NCBI GenBank assembly: GCA_038087875.1 | Contig: CM075978.1 | Coordinates: 175,088,001 to 175,152,000, forward strand | From: Malacoraja senta | Taxonomy: Eukaryota | DNA length: 64,000 nt | Direction: 5' to 3' | In this document: piece by piece, positions 1-11,994 of the stretch | How positions within the stretch are numbered: position 1 is the first letter of the stretch | Layout of the letters: each line of letters begins with the position of its first letter | Program-made: the position numbers and the translations under genes | The notes under the pieces: generated by a model | What the model was told of the DNA's origin: nothing | Database searches by the model: none | Seen by the model: only the letters and a program-made list of their open reading frames with translations

Positions 1-321
1 TGAATCGTGGAACATGCCATGCACTTCCGACAGGGTGATTCCAGAATTTTACAGAAGCTCATTTCTGAACAGCTGCAATTGTGTCATTTCGTATCGGACG
101 TGATTTCCTTCAGTCCACGTCAGACCCTGTACCCTTTTTTTCACAGCAGAGATATGGTAATGCATTGTGCAACATGTTCCATTTGACCAAGTCTTTCGAA
201 CAGAAAGGTTAACTCTATTTCTCTTTACCAAGATCATACTTTACTTACATGTAGAGTTCAGCAATTACTGAGTGCATTTCAGACTTCCAATACTTAGGAC
301 GTATGATTTTTATAGTTCAGT

Positions 322-376
322 ATGCTTTTTCGCGATGTGGTTCTGTTATTATCGTCGCTCTTGTTTATAAACGCAG
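322..376 (+). CDS. Gene A leader (signal peptide) exon
   Basis: ATG at 322, 18 mostly hydrophobic codons, ends NA-g|GTATTT in phase 1. The gene C leader has the same length and ending. Confidence 0.85.
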
Positions 377-3300
377 GTATTTTTCGATTTTTCTTTTGTT
401 TTCATCTTCTTACTGACCTACACCCTCTGTGATCTGCACCCGTATATCGAACGCACATCCATTTTCATGCATCTTTTAAAAGTGCGATTAATTGTGTCTG
501 TCCTCGTCTGTTATGGGATAATTTTTGATTTTCTTCTGCTACAGTTGCCGTTGATGCTCACTACCAAATCGATCAATCTCCGACGATCAAACACGCGATC
601 TTACATTCAAATATCACTCTCTATTGCATTATTGGACTATCGCACAATAGTCAACCTGTGGAATTTTATTGGTGGAAACTTGGCGAACAGAACGTTCTGC
701 AAACAGCTTCTGACAGTAGGAAGATATTTCTTCGTTTTAAACAAGGTGGAGCTTCCTTGCATATATTGAATATCCATGCAGATGATGCTGGAGTCTATTA
801 CTGCGGAGTAGGAATCCAGGGAAGCGAGATTGTGAATGGATCTAGCTCCAGAATTAAAGTCTTCGGTATGTGTAACAGTAAAAGCAAATGTGCTGCAAGA
901 TGGAGATGTTATTCTATTACTGTTCAATTCTATACTTCGGGAAAGCAATGTGGCCAGGTTTTCCATTGGAAGTACCCATGTTATATGTAATATTGTGTCT
1001 TAAGATCCCAGGACAACTGTCTAATTGGTTGATTTTCGGTTGTTAGTATGAGGATGTTGCTCCAAATTCACTGAAACATAGATTCCAACACAGTTACTAT
1101 CTTGACTAGTACTTCCCGAGGACGATTAATGCGGTCTAATATCTGCTTGTAATTTATATTGATCTTCTTTAAATCATTCAGAATTACGCGCTGGTGTTAT
1201 TTTAACACAGGTGTATCGTAAACCTTTTTCTTCACCAAATATTCAATGAAATTCCAAATACACAAAGGAAGAAATATTGCTGGAGTAGCTCAGCGGGTGA
1301 AGCCGCAACTCAGCAGACCATGAATAGGCGACGTTTTGGGTTGGGACCCTGCTTCAAATTGAAGCGACGGACGGGGTGGGGGTAGAGAGTTGGAAGAGAG
1401 GAGGGGGGGGGAGCTTTGGGTGTAATAGACCGACACAGTTGGGAAGCATTTCTTTGGACCATTTTATTTACAACTGCCGGTGCGGCATCAACCGTCACCC
1501 TGTTCCGGTCACTTCTCCCGTCTCTAACATTCCCCCTCATCATGGACCCGCCCTGCCGGCCTTCTGCTCTAGCTGGATCTTTTTTTATATCCAACGCGGT
1601 TTCAAATTGCAGGAGCGGTATCAAACGTCTCCTCCTCTCCCGCAGTAAACATAAAAGGCTACACCTGATATTCCTATGTTGTTTTTTTAATTTACCAATT
1701 AATTTAGAGTTCTTACTTTAAGAAAACTAAATAATATAGGGCGCTCATTCTGAGGTTTGAAAACAGAGCACATCTGTAAAAGTTGCGAATTAGTTAAAGA
1801 TAAACTGACCAATTGTTATTAAAAAATTAAACAGAGGTAGCAATTCACACTATTCGAAACAGTGGGCAACGATTGGAAACGCTAAATAAGTTTTCATTCT
1901 CCTCGGATGCTTGCTGTCGTGGATGTGTATAGAATCAGATTGCACGGCTGAGCACGATTTATTTTGTTGATATCCGAAAAACCGGCCGAAGTTGTGCTAA
2001 TCGACTGAACGTTTCCATAACCGTGCAATTATGAGGTCGCCGACCAGTATTGTAAAACATAGTTATGCTCGTGTAGTTGTGTTCCGGATCCCAAATACAT
2101 TTTCTGCTTTACATTTGCAGTTCCGCCAGCTCAGCTCAGAATCTCAAAACTGCCTGATGAAAACTCAACCACATTGAATCTCTTGTGTAAAACGGATGAA
2201 TTTTTCCCGGAGTCATTAAATCTTACTTGGTACCGAAATGGTATTGAGATTTTCGAGGACATAGATAGAACAGTAAAACTGACTATGAATGGATTATATG
2301 AAGTTTCCAGTCATTTAAAGGAAACAAGGACACTCCAGGGCGGATCGGTCTATACTTGCCAAGTTGCGCACCTCACTCTTCCTACACCATTGACTGGACA
2401 CTGGATACTCCAGTATCATGTTCCGGATTCCAAAACAGGTAACGAAGAAAACATTAGAATGTTCGATTGTAGCGGATTCAGATCGTCGTGTTTGGGAAGC
2501 GAACTGGCTTTGAAGGAGAGGATGATTGCTAAGTTGCAAAAGTATGGTATTTCTACCTTGCTCTCTTAATTATATTGTTAAAATTGTACTAAGATTTCAG
2601 ATTGTACTAAGTTGTAGTTGGAGCAGATAAAGCCCTTAACCGACTTGGTTAATCCATTTAGAGTATTAAGTCAATTTAAGTATAATACCTATCAGGAGAG
2701 ATGAGCCAGTGCAATGTTTATCCTGCGTTTTGTCGGAGATCAGCAACAAGTTTAATGTCGCTCGCGGCCATTTCTTCAGGAAATGCATTAAACTTCAGAT
2801 CCAGACTGACGTTCTTGCGCATCTGGTATTTAGAATGGATTCGCTGTGTAGCATCTCCGATGTTGACGACGGTATGGATAGCTTGTTTACTGAATTCATA
2901 ATGTGACCAATATTGATCGCTTTGGAAAAAAGGCGTTTGGTACGCTATGGCCAAAGTAGTACCACAATCGGAAAGCGTGGTTGTGCACTGGCTTTGGATA
3001 ATCAAAGTTTAAGGAGCAGGACCCCTTAAGTTGTTAAATCCAGATTTGTTCCAGCAGCACTTGCGAATGAAGATAGGAATAGGAGGATAGATCTGTGGAA
3101 TACTTGGCTAAAGATATAGTGGAAAAGGGGGATCGTAACATTTCTCAATCCCCGGGAGTAGTAGGGACATGGAGTGCTTTGCCAGTGATGGTGATGAAGA
3201 TAACTGGAAGTACGGCAATAGAGGAAGTTGGATCATGTACAGGAAGATGTGTTCGGCTTCACTTGGCATTTTTAGCACAAATATTGTGGCCCGATGGGCT

Positions 3301-6300
3301 CGTCCCTGTGCTGTTAAGTTATATGCTCTAACGATCACTTTGATGAAAAACTGCAAATTTATCAGCCCTATTATTATCGGGTGTTTGCCCATTGATGTAG
3401 GCAAATCCGAATGATTTAAGATTAATACTGTTTTAGTAGTTGGAGATTTCATGTAGAGTAATATTAATTCTGAAAATGTTAGTATGAAAGACAAATTGTG
3501 TCTAGGAAAGCATTTTGAGCCAGAATGCACGTAATCCAACCGCAACGTTGCTGCGCCGAATCTTAGGGCAATTTACGGCAATTATTTCGTCCAGTGGTTG
3601 GGGCTAACATTTTCTATAGCGTCCATTTCTTTAGGTATTAGGGCTGGTCGTGGATCGGGATTACATTCGTGTGGAAGTTAAGATACTGAATTGGGGAGGT
3701 TGCAAATCTATCGTAATATATGACCTGTCAAATTGAAACTGTGTTTACGGTTTGGCGAATCCTGTAAGTATGAACAACTGAGAGTTGGGGGCCGACGTGT
3801 CATTTCAGGGTGGAAGGAAATGGCAACGTTAGGGGATATCAGACTGTTTGGTGAAGCGCATGAAATCAGATGGGGCTCTTCGGAAGGTACATACAAGTGC
3901 TCAGGGTGGTTAAACGGAAATGAAAGATCACCAGTTCGCAGGATTAAATAAAGCACCAAGCCACATAATAACGACAATACGGAAGACGGTCTGTTCCAGA
4001 TCAAAAGGGCAATCTGTAACTGAAGCTGAAATGCGCATACCATTTTCTGTATAAAAATAACGTCACCCGCACATCTCTGATTCTTTCATATTTTAACCAT
4101 AGGAAAAGGATTCTGATTATCTATCCTGACTATGTCCCATTAATTCTAGAAAACATTCTAACTGCCCACAACCTACGATGCCCCAGAAAAAAATCCAAGG
4201 TTGGCCAAGCTCTCTTGATGGTCAATATCCTCTCATGCAGCCAGCATTCAGACAGTCATCGGGCACGCGGAGAGGCTATAATGTCCAACTTTCCCATGCC
4301 GACCTCGATGCCCCATCCACACAGGTTACACCTGCCTGCGTTCATCTCTCATCCTTCTAACCCTTTCCGAATATGTACCTGTCCAAATGTCTTTTAAATG
4401 TTGTTTTAGTAAATCTGTTCTACACTCTGTCAAAAGTCTCCACATTCTTGCCGTAATGGGGCGATCTAAACGGCAGACAACATTCCACACGCGGACTATT
4501 CAAAGTTTTTTAAAGCTGCAACATGGCTCCCACTCAGCACATGGTTCTTGCACTCAGTGCCACAACCGATGAAGGGAAAAGTATACCAAATTCATCCTTT
4601 ACCATGCTATCAATTTGTGTTACCGTTCTTAAGGAGCTATGTCCTTCGACCCAAGATCCAAAAATTCATCAGTGCTGTGGAAAGTTTTGCAAAACGTAAC
4701 AGAACACACTTGCTCAGATTAAACTGCATTTTCCACTTCTACACATACGTCCCTAATCAAACTGGACCTTTCCCTGTTTAGACTGGGAGTGCCATAGTGT
4801 CATGGACGTTGATCAGCTGGAATTTGTCATATATGTTCAGGACAACACAAGTGAGAGGTGTTGCATTTTCTGAGGTCAAACAGTGTGAGGACGCAGACAG
4901 TGTAAGGCAGGGCTCTACGGAGTGATGGGGAGCAGAGGGATCTAGAAGATGCAAGCATGCATACTTTCTTAAGAGTGTTTTCACAGGTAGATAGGGTGAG
5001 CAAGAAGGCGTTCGGCACATTGGGCTTCATCATTCAAAATATTTAGTATAGAAATTAGGAGGTCGTGTTACAGTTGTACGGGGCATTGGCGAGGCAACAT
5101 TTGGAGTATTGTATTCAGTTTTGACCACCCTGTTACAGGAAATATGCTGTTAAGCTGTAAAGGGTGCAGAGAAGATTTACGACGATGTTGCCAGGACTCC
5201 AGGGCCTGACGTATAGGGAGAGATTGAGCAGGCTAAGACTTTATTCCTTGTGCTACAGAAGGGTGAGGGGTGATCTTATAGAAGTTCGTCGCAAGAGAGG
5301 AACAGATAGGGCAAACGCACAGTATTTTGCTCAGTGTAGGGGAATCATAAAACAGAGGGCAAAAGTTTAAGGATGGAAAGATTTAATAGAAATCTGTTAG
5401 GGCAACTGATTTAGACAAATCGTGCTGAGTATATGGAAGGAGATGCCAGAGGAGGTAGTTGAGCCAGGTGAAATAACAACGTGTAGATGATATCTGGACC
5501 GGTGCATGGATAGGATAGGTTTAGAACGTCATGGGCAACGCGCAGGCACGTGGAACTAGTGAATGTTGGTCCACGTGGGCAACTTAGACAGACTGGCCTG
5601 TTTCCATATTGAACAACTATTTGATTTCATAAATGTTGGTGGGTGAACATTTAGGGACCAGTATCTACAGTTCTATTTGCTTGAAAATAATTTTGAATAC
5701 GCACAGGGCTGGTCCACAAGGTTGAAGTTCTAAGCCGTGCAAGGCCAACTTTAATGGTATTCGACAGGAATTTACAAACGTTTGGTGGAGGCTTGGAACA
5801 GACACAACCATCTGAAGAAGTGTCCCGACCCGTAAAATCACCTATCAATGTTCTGCAGAGATGCTGATTGATCAGCTGAGTTACTACAGCACTTTGTATC
5901 CTTTTATCTTACAAATCTTCAGTCGTGTAGGTTATTTGCGGCCAAAGCGGCTTCAGGTAAGTGGACTGCTCTTCAAAGTGTAATGGCGAGAGTTGCAAGC
6001 ATGCATGTTCATGTTAAAGTGGGTAAAACAAATGGGATTAAGGAAGACCAGATCACGTGCAAATTTGTGTCTCTGGTCAGGAAAAAAGGAGGCATGGGCC
6101 AGTTATAGGCAGTTGGGATGAAATGTATCCCCGAAGGGATTTAGGGGATTGAGGAGCATAGTTAAGAAGCAAATCAAACGGGCAGGAAGAGGCAATGGAT
6201 AATTATGGCAGATAATATTAAGTAAAATTTGAAGACATTTCGGGAGTACATAAAGGTGAAAAGGGTAACTAGACAGTGAGATAAAATCCGCTGTAACCTT

Positions 6301-7095
6301 TGACAGCCTTCCCTCCAACTCCAGCAATTTTATTAAAGTTAATTCGACCATTAGGCAGATCCATTTACATTTTCGCCAGAATCGCCTTCGGAAAATTCAA
6401 ATGTCACTTTTTTCTGTTTGCTTTGCACAAACGTTGAAATTATTTGTAGATTTCTGGGCTTACAATATATTACATCAGATTCAAGGGAGGGTGATTTTCC
6501 GAATTCAGGAGCTTCGATTTTTATATGTATCCTATGCTTTTCAATCTTACAGGTACTAAAATCATCAATTGCGTCAGGATAATATGCGGTTTAGTAACTT
6601 TACTACTGCCGCTTGGCATTGCAATGTGTTGTATTGCAAGAAAAAATAAAGGTAAAGAATAATTTAACACAATTAAGCATTTTGTTCAGGGGGCTAAAGC
6701 TCCAGAAAGGGAGGCACATGAACTCTCTATTCTCGGGGAATATAGCTTATTCTATCTTATCATAATGTTCGGCAAACATATTGTGCGCCGAGGGACCTGT
6801 TCCTGTGCTCTGTATTAATGTTTTATGTTACAATGAGTAGCCTTCATATTGCATCTGCGAAAATTAATTACCTTTCATGAAAGCATTCATATTCGCTATT
6901 CCGCACATTTTTAAGTGCACTAATATCCTACTGTCACGTGCTGTTCCCTCAGAACTGAAGATCTCGTCCAATTATGTATTCCCGAAAAAACACTGACTAG
7001 AATTAAATGACTGACGACATCAGCGTATTAATATCGATTCGGGATATAGCCATGTCTTTGCAGATGATCCATCGATCTATATTAACCACCAATGA
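322..7095 (+). CDS. Gene A: non-rearranging VJ-C1 Ig-superfamily receptor, activating type (SIRP/NKp30/B7-H6-like architecture), 274 aa; exons 322-376, 545-865, 2121-2438, 6553-6651, 7064-7095
   Basis: All introns are GT-AG and phase 1, and the joined frame is open. Leader [18 protein letters not shown]; V with [27 protein letters not shown]; C1 with [28 protein letters not shown]; [26 protein letters not shown] then RKNK; candidate tail [10 protein letters not shown]. The last exon is the least certain. Confidence 0.85.
545..865 (+). CDS. Gene A V-set exon including J-like G strand
   Basis: Acceptor ttttcttctgctacag, donor g|GTATGT, 321 nt. Has B-strand Cys, C-strand Trp and DxGxYYC. Confidence 0.93.
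1260..1640. mobile_element. Degenerate Penelope-terminus-derived element in gene A intron 2 (mirrored at about 26860-27240)
   Basis: tgctggagtagctcagcggg...gacgttttgggttgggaccctgcttca resembles the abundant PLE terminal repeat seen elsewhere in the window. Confidence 0.5.
2121..2438 (+). CDS. Gene A C1-set exon
   Basis: Acceptor tttacatttgcag, donor g|GTAACG, 318 nt. C1 hallmarks Cxxxx[18 protein letters not shown] and YTCQVAH. Confidence 0.92.
4790..5625 (+). mobile_element. CR1 LINE 3' fragment (RT C-terminus and 3' UTR); mirrored at about 22880-23710
   Basis: HLEYCIQF-like segment and [29 protein letters not shown], followed by a CR1-type 3' end. Confidence 0.85.
6553..6651 (+). CDS. Gene A transmembrane exon with intramembrane Arg
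   Basis: Acceptor ttttcaatcttacag, donor aaag|GTAAAG, 99 nt, phase 1/1. Encodes [33 protein letters not shown]. Confidence 0.85.
7064..7095 (+). CDS. Gene A candidate short cytoplasmic terminal exon ([10 protein letters not shown])
   Basis: Acceptor gtctttgcag, in frame with the TM exon, TGA at 7093-7095. No transcript support. Confidence 0.5.
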
Positions 7096-8420
7096 ACCGC
7101 TTGTGAACCGCTTTTTTTCGGGTGACAAAATGCAATTTTTGTAACTTGATAACGAATTAATATTATTAATTTACCTGGTACCCAAAAGAAAGGAGAAATA
7201 TCTGATATTAATGGTATATACTCAAAATCCATGGAATTATTTTTGAAATATAATATAATATATTATACAAAATTAGCAGTAGAGCCGATTGAACAAAAAT
7301 GCAGCATTGTCTTAAAAAGAACCTTCGCAAGTCTGCGATGTATTTAATTGCCATCAGAGTAATCTGAAGAAACATTTCACATTTGCATCCCCATGAAAGA
7401 AGTTAAGATGAAATATTTGCCTTTGCCTTCCATACAACAGAAATTGGTTAGCAGGTTTACTGCTACCAATACCTCTTGGTACCAGCCGTTCAAAGTGTTT
7501 TGTCCGTTAACACGAATGCTAGATGAAAACCCATCTTGCCAAGCTGATATATTGAAAATCACTTCTAAAAATCGTACCTGTTGTCAACAAAATGCCTCAG
7601 GTCTATTGAATGCTCTTACCTACAGAGCAAAATCATGAATGCCTACCACGGATGCATATTTGCCATTTTTGCCTGGCACGTATTGCTTGCCCAGTATTTA
7701 CCCTGTCAAGCCCCGAAGACAGTAGTAGGACGTCCAATCAGTACAGGATCAAGCTGCCCTCTATTTGCGCTTAAAGCGAACCCCCAAGGAACCCGCAGTC
7801 ATCTCAGTGGACCTTCTCTGAACTGTGTCGTGTAACAGTGTTCCTTTCTTTAAGTAAGCGCATCGAAACAGACGACGTTTTTAGTTGTAGTTCAAATAAC
7901 GCTTTGTAAATTTGAAGTAAGAGTTATATATATATTTGCAGCATCCCCCCAGAAGATGACAGGCCAATGCCGCTGTAGCACAGCCTGACAACAACTTGGA
8001 AACAGAAGTTGAATTTTGATGTGAAATGAAATGAAAAATCGGCTACTGGATTACTTCTGTTCCATCGGTTGGCTGTAATTTGCTTCTTTGCGTTTGAAAA
8101 TTCTAAACTAAAGCAAATTAGACGTTTTCGAGGAAAATAAAGGTCATTTACGGGTTAGGAAGCCTTCCCCCGCCATTCCCACACTGCGAGTTCTTTAGCT
8201 AATCAGATCTAACTTGCTTTTTAGGGTATTGTTAGAGCAGCAGAAGTGATAGACATCGTGCCTATAGGTTACTGGCATTGGAACTATTCATGTAATGGGT
8301 CCTCGAAACCATTTCAGAGCCTGATAGTATCGTTCTGCGCAAGAATCAATGTACCATTGTTTAGAAGATGTATACTTTTCTCGTTTAGTCTATGCAATGT
8401 GTCGGTGAAGCGATTGTGTC

Positions 8421-8680
8421 TTAGTTTAGTTTAGTTTAGTTTAGTTTAGTTTAGTTTAGTTTGGTTTAGAGATACAATGCGGAAACAGGCCCTTCGGCCC
8501 ACCGAGTCCATGCCGACCAGCGATCCCCGCACAACTACTATATCCTACACAAACTAGGATTTTTTTTACAATTATACCAAACCAATTAACCTACAAACCC
8601 GTACGCCTTTGGAGTGTGTGGGGGGCGTTTCTGGCTCTATGAGGCAGCAACTCTCACGCTGTGCCAACTTGTCGCCCCTA
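8421..8680 (-). mobile_element. tRNA-type SINE (HE1-like) remnant with (TTTAG)n tail
   Basis: (TTTAG)n at 8421-8469 then gatacaatgcggaaacaggcccttcggcccaccgagtcc. Same family as 33700-33990, 44520-44775 and 51520-51790. Confidence 0.65.
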
Positions 8681-8966
8681 ATGTGCGCTAAATCTGAGTA
8701 AAACAGGAAAATTCCAATGCCGGTGCATGAAGAAAGGACAGGTATATATATGAATTCAGGCTAGATATCGATACCTCCACCCTTCGGCATGCTCCGTCGT
8801 TTAATGTGACGATTGACCTTAGCTCTGCATTTACCACTGCCAACCGAACGATTGACGGCTTTACTTATCTAATATATATTTCATCTCCTGATAGAAAATA
8901 TAAAAGGGAGAAAAAAGTCAATTTATTGCGCCTGCGCATAATGTATCAAATATATTGATGGCAAAG

Positions 8967-10830
8967 TTAGACACAAAATGCTGGAGTAACTCAGCGGGTC
9001 AGATAGCATCTCTGGAGAAAGTGGATAGGTAACATTTCGGGTCGGGACCTTTCTTCAGATTGAATGCAGCAGGGAGAGTAGAGAGGAACATTTGGAAGCG
9101 AAGAAAATTAGGAAAAATCGGGGCCCGCAACAAATGATCTCAAGTAACGTGGTTCCACGATGGGCTGACTGTGGGTCAGGGACAGACGTGAATCCAAGAG
9201 GGGTGCATAGTTGCGAACTGCCGAATTAGTTAACCAGCTTTTTGTAGAGGCTGGGGGGTTGGGGGAGGTGGGGGGATGGGTAGAGCGGGAGGTGTAGCGA
9301 AGTCACTAAAATTGGAGAGTTCAACGTTCATACCATTGGGCAGCACAAACGAAATATGAGGTGCTGTTCCACCAATTTGCGTGTGGCACTTTTGCAAGGG
9401 AGGAGGAGCAGGACAGAGATGTCAGTGTTGAATGGAATAGTGACAGTGGTTAGCAAATGGGCGATCTAGTAGACCTTGGCGGACCGAGTGCATGTGTTCA
9501 GTGAAACGGTCGCCGAGTCTACGCTTGGCCTCGCCGTTGCACAAGAGACCATATCGGGAACACCGGGTGCAGTAGATGAGGTTATATGAGGTGCCCGTGA
9601 AGCTCTGCCTCACCTCGAAGGGCTGCTGGGGTCCCTGGATGGATGTGAGGGAAGAGGTATAATAACAAGTATTACATCCCCTGCAGTTGCTGGGGAAGGT
9701 TCATAGAGAAGGGGTGGTTTAAATGGCAAGGGAAGAGTTGCAAAGAGTTACCAAGGGGCGTTCTCTGCAGAAGGCATAAAGGGTGAAGACGGGAAGATGT
9801 GATTAGTGGTGGGATCATATCACAAAGTGGAGGTGGCAGAAATTTCAGATGATGATGTGTTGGATGAGGAGGGCGAAGGGGTGAAAGACGAGGACCATGG
9901 AAACTCTCTCCTTGTTCCACCTGGGGAGAGAGAAAGAGCGAATAGAACTGCAGGACGCAGAGGTAATGCGTTCGAGGGTCCTATCTGTGACAGAAGGGGG
10001 GGGGGTAACCACGTTCACTAAAGAATGAGGTCATTTCAGACGTCGTTGTATGGAAAGCATCTTCAGAGCAGATGTAGCGGAGACGTAGGAGTTTCTCGGT
10101 AGGTTTGTCATGGGCATATGTCGGTAGTCTGGCTCATGTGATTGAGAGCGAGATCAGGAAAAGGGGAGGTGTCAGAGATAGTCCAGGTAAATCTGAGGGC
10201 AGGGTGGAAGTTAGTGGTGTAGTTAATAAAATCCACGAATTCCGGAAGGTAACCCGGATGTAGTCATGGACGTAGTGGAGAAAGATGGGGGATCTGGCCA
10301 GTGTACACACGTAACAAGGACTGTTCGATGTAACCAACACAAAGGCAGACATAACTAGGGTCCATACGAGTGTTCATGGCTACTCCTTTAACTTTAAAAA
10401 AATGAAAGGACTCGGAAGAGACGTTGTTGAGCCTGAGGACAAGTTCTGCTAGGCAGACAAGTGTGTTAGTGGTGGGAAATTAGTTGCGTCTTTGTTCAAG
10501 GAAGAAACGTAGGGCCCGAGACCTTCCTGATGGGGGTTGAAGGTGGTGAAGAACTGAGCATTCGCGGTAAAGATTAATGAACCGGGACTAGAAACTGAAA
10601 GTTATTGAAGAGTTGAAAAGCATATGCGGTGTCCTGGGGGCGTAGGTCGGATGGGAATCGGGTAAATTCTACGTGTATTGAAATGAATACTTGGATTAGG
10701 AGCAGGCAGAAACAATGGGTTTGCCAGGGTAGAGTCCACCACACCACAGCCACACCACCACTGCACCACACAACCCCCCCACCCCCGCCATACCTCCACC
10801 CCCTTCCTCAACTGCAAGTCGGTTAACTAG
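8967..10830 (-). mobile_element. Penelope-like retroelement (RT and GIY-YIG), degenerate
   Basis: Minus strand reads AMNTRMDPSYVCLCVGYIEQS and FLHYVHDYI (RT) and NLIYCTRCSRYGLLCNGEAKRRLGDRFTEH (GIY-YIG). Terminal repeat at about 8967-9062. Confidence 0.85.
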
Positions 10831-11024
10831 ATCCACAGTTCGCAATTATGTATCCTTGTTGAGTTCACCCCTTGACCTCCTTAGCCGACAGTCAGCCTAT
10901 CAGGGAACCACCCTGCCCGAGGTCATCTGTCGCCGGCCTTGATCTGTCCTGTTTTCTCTTCACCTCCAGTTGCGCCTCCTCCCCCCCGCCCCCCCCACCC
11001 CCGTCACCACACACACACACAACA

Positions 11025-11393
11025 CATCATCATCATCATAGAAACTAGTATGACTGTCCTCTTTTGAGGTTGATGCCCGTGCGTGACTTTGTTTAACGTG
11101 GGGAGTCTGGTGCACAGACAGCCACCACACGGTTCTTGACAGATCTGGGTCAGGATCCAGTGGCTTGGAGTCCAAGCCCTTTTCTGCTGCAGCCTTCATC
11201 CGCCTTCCCAGCCGTTGTGACGCTCCACTAAATTCAGCCATCATCCTCTGCCTGTTCTACCGTTGAGGTCTTGGTTGGATTGCTCTTTCAGTCAGGGACC
11301 TCCCCCTCGACCTTGCCGCCATGGGTGGACCTTCCAACAGCATAGCTGCAGACGGCATCGCTCTCAGGATCTCAGGACCACACAACCTTCTCC
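11025..11393 (-). mobile_element. Probable RTE-type LINE 3' fragment with (CAT)n tail, cut by the gap
   Basis: catcatcatcat tail at about 11026-11038 followed by a retroposon-like body. Family assignment is from memory only. Confidence 0.3.
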
Positions 11394-11638
11394 NNNNNNN
11401 NNNNNNNNNNNNNNNNNNNNNNNNNNNNNNNNNNNNNNNNNNNNNNNNNNNNNNNNNNNNNNNNNNNNNNNNNNNNNNNNNNNNNNNNNNNNNNNNNNNN
11501 NNNNNNNNNNNNNNNNNNNNNNNNNNNNNNNNNNNNNNNNNNNNNNNNNNNNNNNNNNNNNNNNNNNNNNNNNNNNNNNNNNNNNNNNNNNNNNNNNNNN
11601 NNNNNNNNNNNNNNNNNNNNNNNNNNNNNNNNNNNNNN
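11394..11638. other. Assembly gap (245 N)
   Basis: Run of N. Confidence 1.
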
Positions 11639-11877
11639 GTCCCGACCCCAAAAGTCACCTGTGCATTTTCGTCATAGATGCTGCCTTACCCGCTGACTCA
11701 CATCAGCACTTTGTATCTGTCTTTGGTATAAACCAGTATCTGCCGTTCATTTTTATTACTTTTAGTCGGAAGTCTTTTATAATAATTTCTGATCCTGCGA
11801 TGCTCTCGTGCCTGCATGAGATTTAAAGCAACTTACAACATGAACTAATGTTCTTCCTCCTAATTTTCATCTCGTAG

Positions 11878-11994
11878 ACCAAGCAGAAACCGATGCATGC
11901 TAAAGTGATCTACGCTCCGCTCTTTACGGCAGGAAACAAGAAAAGAGAGCAAACAATTGTACGGATAATGCCACTGACAACTAACAGCCAATAA
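11878..11994 (+). CDS. Orphan terminal cytoplasmic exon with ITIM (TKQKPMHAKVIYAPLFTAGNKKREQTIVRIMPLTTNSQ*)
   Basis: Branch-like actaat plus ttcttcctcctaattttcatctcgtag acceptor. VIYAPL resembles the gene C LAYAPL, with Tyr at a similar exon offset (12 vs 13). AATAAA overlaps the stop codon. Confidence 0.55.
   Translation, partial: TKQKPMHAKVIYAPLFTAGNKKREQTIVRIMPLTTNSQ

Larger units (their letters stand above)
1..6997. repeat. Left arm of a large inverted duplication (pairs with 21510-28501)
   Basis: Position x maps to about 28502-x, and the mirrored ORFs in the track confirm this. About 1-2% substitutions by eye plus small indels. The arm runs off the window start. Confidence 0.97.

Noticed and set aside
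820-840. GATTGTG just before the J-like segment as a cryptic RSS heptamer
   Set aside because: There is no GGTTTTTGT-like nonamer at 12 or 23 bp, and it lies inside an open exon. No RSS flanks any V exon, so rearrangement is unsupported.
467-990. ORF-track ORFs 467-769, 637-966 and 658-990 (and mirrors at 27512-28035) as separate genes
   Set aside because: They are overlapping or antisense frames of the V exon, or its read-through into the intron.
3540-3680. Hydrophobic stretch [20 protein letters not shown] as the gene A TM
   Set aside because: It has no proper acceptor/donor pair. The exon at 6553-6651 has correct sites, phase and a basic stop-transfer sequence.
7942-8010. Possible degenerate cytoplasmic exon (PEDDRPMPL*HSL)
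   Set aside because: It needs phase 2, which does not fit the gene, and it contains a stop.
11257-11826. ORFs spanning the N runs (also 21219-21644)
   Set aside because: They are artefacts of translating through assembly gaps.
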